A stretch of 56,718 nucleotides of DNA, filler included, from Catajapyx aquilonaris (Eukaryota), in assembly GCA_000934665.2 (NCBI GenBank). It is 4 parts of 4 records of this genome, joined end to end, with 100 filler letters (N's around TTAATTAATTAA, not from the genome) between each part and the next. Parts side by side here need not be neighbours in the genome. Positions count along the whole stretch, not along the records: positions 42,597 to 56,718 come from KZ539747.1; 3 more parts are not named here. One strand, 5' to 3'. Below, in pieces: positions 48,594 to 56,718 of the stretch. Position 1 is the first letter of the stretch. Every line of letters begins with the position of its first letter. The position numbers and the translations under genes were made by a program. The notes under the pieces were generated by a model. The model did no database searches. It was not told the origin of the DNA and saw nothing but the letters and a program-made list of their open reading frames with translations.

Positions 48594-49463
48594 GTAATAA
48601 TAATAAGTTTATTGGCATAATTTGACTCTTTATAACATCACATCGCTTTTACACCCCCCTAACTTGGGGGCGGACTTCACCACCTCTGACACTTTTCCTT
48701 ATATCTACACTATGGTCTAGTAACTCTCCTCGATTCGTGTGTGTTAGTGCCTTTTTTCTTTTATCACCCCTTCAATCTTCACTTATTCGTTTGTATCTAT
48801 GTAATACGTAGTTAGTAATCTTTTTAAAATTTCGGAATTTCTCGTTACTTATATCACCCAACTCTAACAAGAATTGGGGCCTGGATACTTGAATCATGTT
48901 TATATCACGCCTTCTTTGCTCTAAGATAAGACATTCAAAAATAATATGATACCAGTACTCTCTGTTGGTATGGCCACAAATCGAACATAAGTTGTCTACT
49001 GGTTCTATTGTTAAAGGAGAGGATATACATGCGTCAGGGGAATCCAACTGCTGCTATTCCTTATAGCCAATACAATCCTCTTATTTGAGTGCGAGATGTT
49101 TGTTGATCTTAAATAACCTGCTGGGTTGGGTGAGGAATGCATGTCTGTGTAGTATATGTATGTTTCAGATTGATTGAGTGAATCGATGTCCCTCTGTCTT
49201 AATTGGTCCTTAATGTTTTGTATTATGATCTCATTTCTGCCTGGGGTTTTGTTGATACAGTTATTTAAAACCTCTCTCATTGTAAAACCGAATTTCTTGA
49301 ACGATGATTCGGCCTGTGTCACCAACTCGGGTACAGGATTTTGTAAGCTTTTGTCAAGCATTCTCGCCGCGGCCGCCAAGCCTGTTCCTCTGTCTCTGGG
49401 ACGCACCCTATAAGCCCTCACTTCCAAAAACGTCCTGAAAATGGTGAAAAATACGTTGGTCAT
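48525..49463 (-). mobile_element. 5'-truncated non-LTR retrotransposon 3' end
   Basis: Frameshifted ORF2 C-terminus with CCHC-type knuckle CSICGHTNREYWYHIIFEC, then a 3' UTR, AATAAA and a (TAT)n tail (plus strand (AAT)n at 48525-48606). Confidence 0.8.
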
Positions 49464-50120
49464 TTTATGTTCGGTCTTGGACCAAGATCATTATTTTATA
49501 AAATGCTTCAGTAAAGACGTTCCACTCTTAAACTGTTGGAGAATAGCTGACTGCAAATGGCAGTTATAAGCGGGAACGAGGACATTACCCATAAAAGCAG
49601 TGCCGGATCTATGAAATTTCGGAGGGGGGGGGGGGGGGGGNNNNNNNNNNNNNNNNNNNNNNNNNNNNNNNNNNNNNNNNNNNNNNNNNNNNNNNNNNNN
49701 NNNNNNNNNNNNNTTTGGGGGGGGGGGGGGGGGGGAAGCCGGCCGCAGACGATATTTTTGTGTGAGTTCAAGGTCACACAACTGCCGAAGATGCTATTTC
49801 TTTCTGCCAGAAAGAAACATCATCTTCAGCGATGTTTTGCATTTCTTGGAAAGAGTCCCTATAAAGATGCACTATATACAGTTTTGACTACCAGTCCAAA
49901 TAATATACTATTTGCAGATATTTTCGTAATGAACTCGCATCTTGTCATTGTTCTGGACAATACACAACAGAAGGGATAGCATGAACGCTTTTTGCAGGGC
50001 ATGAAGATTAATAACAATTTCAGATCTGCATGTCTCACTTGAAAGGAATTCAGCTTAGGTGGCTGTATAGTTTTGTCGTTGCAAGTCCACAAACAATTAT
50101 TCCACAGTGTTGTCAACATT

Positions 50121-50404
50121 GCCGACGCTGGTGGTCTGGTGGTTAGCGCGCTCGCCTCTAGACCCAAAGTTGTGGGTTCGAATCCGGCCAAGGTCGGTGA
50201 CTTTTCTCCGGGTGGTAGAAAAGTGAGAGTGCGCCTTCCTTCGAAGGGGAAGTAGAGCCGTTTGTCCCGTGTGCTTGTGACATTACGCGAGTGCACGTTA
50301 AAGATCCCCAGAGTGGCCAAATATCCAGGAGGAGGACCACCCCCTGGCGTCGTCGGTGTTGAGCCTTAGCAGCACAAATAGGCCCACGTTAAGCCCCACT
50401 GATA
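50121..50404 (+). mobile_element. Second copy of the Deu/Nin-like SINE
   Basis: Highly similar to 25597-25877; 15-bp TSD AGTGTTGTC(A/C)ACATT at 50106-50120 and 50405-50419. Confidence 0.9.
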
Positions 50405-51497
50405 AGTGTTGTCCACATTGCGGGTTTTCGATCATTCTAGAGCCATGCTTCCCAATCTTTTTCGTTGGCGACCCCAGAAAATAGATGCGTAAAATTCGCG
50501 ACCACCACTTCCAATTCAAGCCTGAGACCCCCTCGGCGGTATAGTTATTACAATAATCGCTAAATTAACACATCTCGTTTACGGGCAAATTTTCCATGGC
50601 TAATTTGTACAAATAACTAGTTACCCTTCTTCCGCAAAACGGAAAAGAACACATAATTGGAACAATGCAATGTGCATGTGACAAGTTCATTTCCAGGGAC
50701 AAGACATGCCGCCTCCACCTTCTTGCCGCCCGGGGCAGGTGCCTTGCCCCCCTACCCCCCCTCTCGAGCCGGCCCTGCATAAATATGCATATTTGAGAAC
50801 CCAGCAGACTTTGTACCGAATGATCTTCATTCGCTTCTCCACATCCATCTTTTGGCGGATGAGAGTCTACCATATAATATATTATAGTTGTACAGGTAAA
50901 ATGGCTGTTACGACAGCCTTGCCCATACCCAATAATATGATTGTAATAAGAGAAACGGTATTAAATAGCATATTCTCAGAGTTTTAGTAACATATGGTTC
51001 GTTGGTACTGTACATTTTTGCAGGGGTATATGACGAGTTGAATCCCTTGGATTGAGAGAGATTCAACTCGTCATGCATGGTACGAAAATGTAACAACGAA
51101 CTGAAAGTTGCTGACTTGAGAATGTGCTATTTAATATCGTTTATTTAATTACAATATAGCAATAATGTTAATGAACATGACAGTTTTATATAAACTACAA
51201 CAATGTACTACAATGTACTACAACAATAATATTATCCAAAAGACTTGAGCTCATATGAGGCCTTTTTTGAGTGAAAGCCTTACATGGCGGGAGTGATACG
51301 ATACGAAGATTTCAAGAGGGATGGTGAGCCACCTGAGGTTGGAAATGCAAACTGGTTGTCCTCGTGGTCCAACAGACCTCGCTTCCAACTTGGAATAAAT
51401 CATTAGTCTACTTATACCTGAAAGAACCCGGACATGCCAAAGATCTGGGGGGGAAATTGTGGCGGAACTAATATTGCTCCCGAGCTAGCTGCCAAGG

Positions 51498-52666
51498 ATG
51501 TCGGTATGTATCTGGAGATACCCTAGCAGGCTTGATAAGAGTCCATAATATCTTGATAATATTATTAAGTGTACGTAATTTGCGGGAGGAACTGGAGAAA
51601 GAACAGGTTGCAAGTAAGTGCTTCGGTTGTCATAAACAGAACAATGACATATAAGTTGTATCAGCTCAGGATTTGTAAATTGTGGCTAATTATAAATTTT
51701 CCTTGATGTTCGTACAATCAGTGCTGCGCAAGGCTTTTGACAGCTTCGATCCTGACAAGAGGGGCTCGATCTCAACGGACATGGTAGCCACAATCCTCAG
51801 GTTGATGGGTCAGGCCTTCAATGACATGATTCTCCAAGAGCTGATCGATGAAGTCGATGGTGACAGTCAGATTTTACGTACTATTGCTGCACAACGAACA
51901 TTAACCGATTGTTAATTGCAGGGTCCGGCCAAGTGGAGTTCGAGGAGTGCTGCACACTGGCAGCCAAGTTCATGATCGAGGAAGACATGATAAAATTAAA
52001 GATTTGTTAAGGGGGGACTGACCCAGCATAGCCTTTCAGCACCCCCCGCTCGCACATCAATGCCCCATCAGTCAAAGACTGATGTGACCCCTTTTAACCC
52101 CAAAAACAAAGCGAGCAATATCTACCATCGTTGAGACCATGCAAGTTCGCAAAACAACGCAAAATAGATGAATAAATCATCCAATTATACGTTACTCAAC
52201 CAGTCCCTCAAATGGCTGGAACTTACACAGTCTAAAAATAATACCTGAAAAGATCGAGGAAGACAGTGAGTTGATGGCTAACGAGTTGAAGGAAGCGTTC
52301 AGGCTGTATGACAATGTTAGTTCTCTTCATGCATATTGGAGTACCGGTAATGTTGGGATGTTACGCAGGGAACGGTTTCATCCAGACGTCCTGTCTGCGG
52401 GAGATCATGCGCGAGTTGGATGACCAGCTGACTGACTCGGATCTTGACTCGATGATAAGAGGAAATTGACAGCGATGGATCCAGAACTGTTGACTTCGAC
52501 GGTAAGCACCTGGTACATTGCTGTAATTGCAATGGTGACTTTCGTACAATGTGAGTACGGTTGTCATAATAGTCTCGATAAATTTGCTGAAATTATTGAC
52601 TGCATTGTTCTCAACAGCTTGCAAATTTTACTTGCAGAGTTCATGGAGATGATGACCAGTGAATAA
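51498..52666 (+). pseudogene. TpnC: Troponin C pseudogene (unprocessed); exons 51498-51503, 51586-51613, 51722-51865, 51922-52315 (interrupted), 52369-52501, 52638-52666
   Basis: [74 protein letters not shown]; lesions are an exonic insertion, an acceptor reading CGG, loss of 4 nt at YDKEG and a +1 A at 52458. Confidence 0.9.
51988..52251. mobile_element. 264-bp insertion of unknown origin with 14-bp TSD
   Basis: GATCGAGGAAGACA duplicated at 51974-51987 and 52252-52265; removal restores KFMIEEDSELMANELKEAF. Confidence 0.9.
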
Positions 52667-52886
52667 ACCTTGCCGTCTCATCGCCTTAATTTATTGCAAA
52701 GTTATGTCAGCAAGTAAATGGATGTTACCACTGTAAATGTAGGAACCAATTATCATGAAAGTATTGCATGGCCGGAAAATACACTGCAGTACATGAAAAA
52801 TTGTTTTCCGATCTCACTACATGCCACAGTAATTCTTCCTTACACCTTACAAAGTAAAGAAAATTAACAATTTAAATTGAAATATA

Positions 52887-53411
52887 CAGGGTGTTTACGA
52901 CCTAACTTTACAAACTTCTAGGGGTAATAGAGGGGACCAAGACAAACATATTTCACATAGGAACCCGTGTCCGGAAACGCCATCTAGAGGGGGTTCATAG
53001 ACAAGGAACGGGTGCGCTCAGACGCGTCAGGCGGGCGGCATTAGTGAGCAGACCGTTTAGTTGCTAGGTGGCGCGCAGATTGTACACAACTCAGCAATTC
53101 GCCATAACCTGGCAACAACAGAGTTGTTCTTTATTATCTGCGCGCTACCTATAGCATGCTGACTTTAGTTGTTATGTGGTTCTGTTGTTGCCAGGTTATT
53201 GCGAATTGCGAAGTTGTGTACAATCCGCGCGCCACCTAGCAACTAAACGCTCCGACCGCGAACGCCCCCCGCCTGACGTGTCTGAGGGCACCCGTTCCTC
53301 GTCTATGAACCCCCACTAGATGGCGTTTCCGGACACGGGTTCCTATGTGAAATATGTTTGTCTTGGTCCCCTCTATTACCCCTAGAAGTTTGTAAAGTTA
53401 GGTCGTAAACA
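52887..53411. mobile_element. Palindromic Tc1/mariner-type MITE, right end clipped
   Basis: TA|CAGGGTGTTTACGACCTAACTTTACAAACTTCTAGGGG...; arms of about 230 bp ending GGTCGTAAACA. Confidence 0.85.
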
Positions 53412-53546
53412 GGGGCAAATTGTAATTTTTTAACCACTACGAAAAAGGTAAATAAAACAGATTTTAAAAGGTACCACCCACTGCATCAACTTTTAATTTA
53501 AAAGCACAACATATAGCTATGAATGCAGTGTGGCAACAAAAAAAAA

Positions 53547-54854
53547 TTAAGCAACAAACACAAAGAGGAGGTCAGGTCGCAGTCGTGATGCATACTTCAA
53601 GGCCTCACTCTTGTCGACGCGAATGCAGTCTTCTATTCGCAGTGATTCGATGTTCGGCAGGTCACAGATCAGGTAGAATAGGCCGTGGTTGGTTATTCTG
53701 TAGCAGCCAACAATCGTCACGTGCTTGAGCAAGGTGCAGTTGGACATTGCGGCCAAGGTGTCGTCAGAGAGGACACGGATGTCTCGCAGTTTGACCGATA
53801 GCAGTTGCTCGTTGATGTGCGGAAGGGTAAAAAAGATGTCCAGAGCGCAGGTGGTTAGTGACGAATGCACGGACAGATTGTAGTTCACTGTCAGATGTTG
53901 GATGCTGGCAAGACGTCCCACTCCATCTGAGGAAACGGAAAAGTATGCAATGATTTTAGATCAGGACTGAAAATTGTAAGTGTCGTAATTCACCTAAGAA
54001 TCCGCAATTGGAGAGCGATGCGTTTAAAAGCACCAGTTCCTCCAACACCACAAACTTTGGCAGGTACGTGTATGACCACGGGTCCGGCAAATTGTCAAGT
54101 GTTAGTTTCTTAACACTCTGCCCCAGTCCTACAGCCAGCTTGTCAAGCTCTTTGTTTGTGAAATCAGTAATGGGAGAGATGCAAAGCTTTGTTAGAGTTG
54201 GCCGTTGCACAAAACCAACTAATGACGTCAATGGCTGTATGTTGTTGATGACACGCAAGGACTGCAGCTTTAACCAACTGGTAAATTCATTAATGGGATG
54301 GGCACACCCTTGCGGAAACTGGCATTGCTGAATAGTTGCCTCTTCAAGCGGCTTCCGCAACATTCTCCCAAAGTGGTAGATGGTGCTTGGGATTCCAATC
54401 ACGATCTGCAATTATAATATTCATGACTAATGTGCTAATGAAAAAGCATGAACCGCATACTTTCTGCATATGAAGCCAGGTGAGGTTTGGACAGTTTCTT
54501 CCCACAGCTTCCAGGGCCTCGTCTGAGTCGTACTCTCCCCACCGCACGAGCCTCACCGTCTCCGTATCAACCATAAATCTCTTGACTGCCCCAATAGCAA
54601 CAGCCTTCCTCATCCTAGTACCATCCAACCGAGCTTCCTTCCACACCTGCTTGTCACACGCCAGCCTCCTCCAAGTTCGGCAGACCTTGGTCACATTCAT
54701 CACCAAGTCCGCCTTAGGAACATATGAGAAAATCATCAGCCAGACCTCGTCCGGGAGACCCAGGCACAATTTCTCCGCCTGGAATAACATGTGTCAGAGT
54801 TGATGCAAAACAAATCAGATGCAAAATACCAACCTCCCCTGCGTCTGCTTGCAT
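53547..54854 (-). CDS. F-box/leucine-rich repeat (FBXL-like) protein; exons 54834-54854, 54461-54778, 53994-54405, 53547-53926
   Basis: F-box LPDEVWLMIFSYVPKADLVMNVTKVCRTWRRLACDKQVWK; Cys-containing LRRs (NCPNLTWL, NCTLLKHVTIVGCYRITNHGL, LPNIESLRIEDCIRVD); GT-AG phases consistent, no internal stops. Confidence 0.88.
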
Positions 54855-56718
54855 TTTCAGCAGGGCAGTCAGCCCTCTGAAATACGCAATAAAAATTAAT
54901 TGCATAACAATGTTAAGTGGTTATAATACGATCCGTCCGAGCTGGTAACATCTGATGAGTTTACGATTTGTATGAGTGTCATAAGGATTTATGTCAAGAT
55001 TCGTGGGATTGTCATAAGGCCCATTATTGAATTATTAATTACTAGTAAATGTATACTGAATAATTACATTTTTGCTAAATTATTATATTTTGCTAAATCA
55101 TTATCATTAAATTATTACTAATTTCTATTAATGTTTATTATAATACGTACAATAAACATTAATAGTAATTAGCAATAATTTAAATTATTGCTAATTACTA
55201 TTATAAATTACCATTGTTAAATTACCATTAAATGCTACGGTTAAATTACCATTATTGGGTGGAATTTTCATGGTACTACTAGTACTTCTAACTTAGTAGC
55301 AGTACCAGTGTAGTGCAATGGTACGCTAACTTAGCCAGACTAACAGGCTAACTTCTAGTCCAGACCTCCGGATGTAGTCTAACTATGAACTTAATCAATC
55401 ACCGCTGGGTATAGGGGGTGCGACAAGGTCCAACTGTCTTCAAAGGGGTGCGAAGACCTCGAAAAGGTTAACCCAGCTATGCCAAGTGTCCCCCATGGGT
55501 CACCTCGCCTGCACAGTTGCTACATTTTAATTTTTTTGCGCTAGTTGTTCTGCTGCTAAAGAGCTGGCAGTAGTCACAGGGGCTTCAGTAGAGTCCCAGC
55601 TAACGATACAAGTTCAAACTTGCTCATTATTGCTTCAGATTTTAAAGATACAGGTGTTTGAATTTTAACGCAGGAAATAATGGCTGCACCTCCACGTTCC
55701 GAAGACGATTAGTAATTAATTCTCGAATGTTGATTAGCATGATGAGTTATTTTTTGTTTGTAATACTTAGAAAACTTATGAATGATGAGGTCGATGTGGA
55801 AATATAGGCATATTTTTTACTTTCCTTGTCTACGGGTGGCGTTGAAACCGGGTGTCCCCTATGAGGGACACTCGGCAAATGCACCACATGTGGATCGGCA
55901 AGTCAAGTACCTGGTATGTGCGGATTTTGTGCGTTTTGTCGAACTGAATTTTTATGAATCCCTATTTTTAAAACGAGGGTTACCCGGCAACTGGGTTATA
56001 CCATGGCCACCATTGTAGCTATGGTAACCAATTGCCATGTACAATCAAACATACATGCATACAAACTTTCTCTTTTGGATACAGTGAAACCCAAGGGGTA
56101 ATCACTCGTACACTGGAGTACCAAATTCAAGTATACCAAGGAGTAATAAAGAGTGAGGTACCTGAGGAGTACCAGGGAGTACCACTCCCAGGTGTACACC
56201 GGAGTACCGAAGTGATTACCCCCTTGGTGAAACCTGTGTATAGCAGAATAGCACGGTGCCCTAAAAATCGTAATTAACAAGTTTCCGTCGAAAATTACGA
56301 TTTTCCTAGTCGTCTGCACCAAACGGGAAAGAGTGGAAGTGAACGCTGCAGAGGTGGCAGAGAGTGGGGGAGAAAAAAAAGTGGTGCTGTTGTTGCAGAT
56401 CGCGCGCGAACCATTTAACGACGTTGGATATATACAGGGTGGTCGGTAAATGGCGCACAAGCTTCAGGTAGCGAGATTCGTTGTGAAAAACCAGTATATG
56501 GAAGTGAAGGTCATATTACTCTACGAGGCCTGGTTAGGGCTCACGAGGCCTCCAAAGTTTGGGCCAAATCATGACGTCACATCCGCCCGCGAAATTCAAA
56601 CACTACCGTATCGCTACTGTCTGTGATTTCGTTGCCAGGGATTGCCATGTTGACATCCCCCACATTTCCACCATACAATGGAACCGTATAAACTGGCTGG
56701 GACGTTGCCAGGCATTGC

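Noticed and set aside
54930..54990. CTGATGAG hammerhead-like core (CTGATGA also at about 4599 and 39840)
   Set aside because: No stem II followed by GAAA and no compatible stems I and III

Overview
Eukaryotic, intron-containing, transposon-rich DNA from an arthropod (inferred from a gustatory receptor, an arthropod-type troponin C and a Ruka-like SINE; the species cannot be determined). The window is not one locus: three identical 100-nt spacers (44 N + TTAATTAATTAA + 44 N) join four segments of about 14.1 kb (1-14101, 14202-28303, 28404-42496, 42597-56718). Segment 1 holds five exons of an EF-hand MCC (mutated in colorectal cancer) gene, with a 6.7-kb GC-AG intron full of nested elements: a Kolobok derivative with a THAP remnant, a Tigger3/MER2-like element and several SINEs. 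Segment 2 has no intact gene, only nested mariner/hAT elements, SINEs and decayed ORFs. Segment 3 holds a gustatory receptor pseudogene with a deleted tandem copy, an intact DNAJC8 and the 3' part of a synaptotagmin-like (bitesize/SYTL) gene. Segment 4 holds MITEs, a LINE 3' end, a troponin C pseudogene broken by a TSD-flanked insertion, and an intact F-box/LRR gene. I found no convincing new multi-gene system; the best leads concern transposon biology, gene decay and non-canonical splicing. All family assignments are by eye and from memory, with no database searches.
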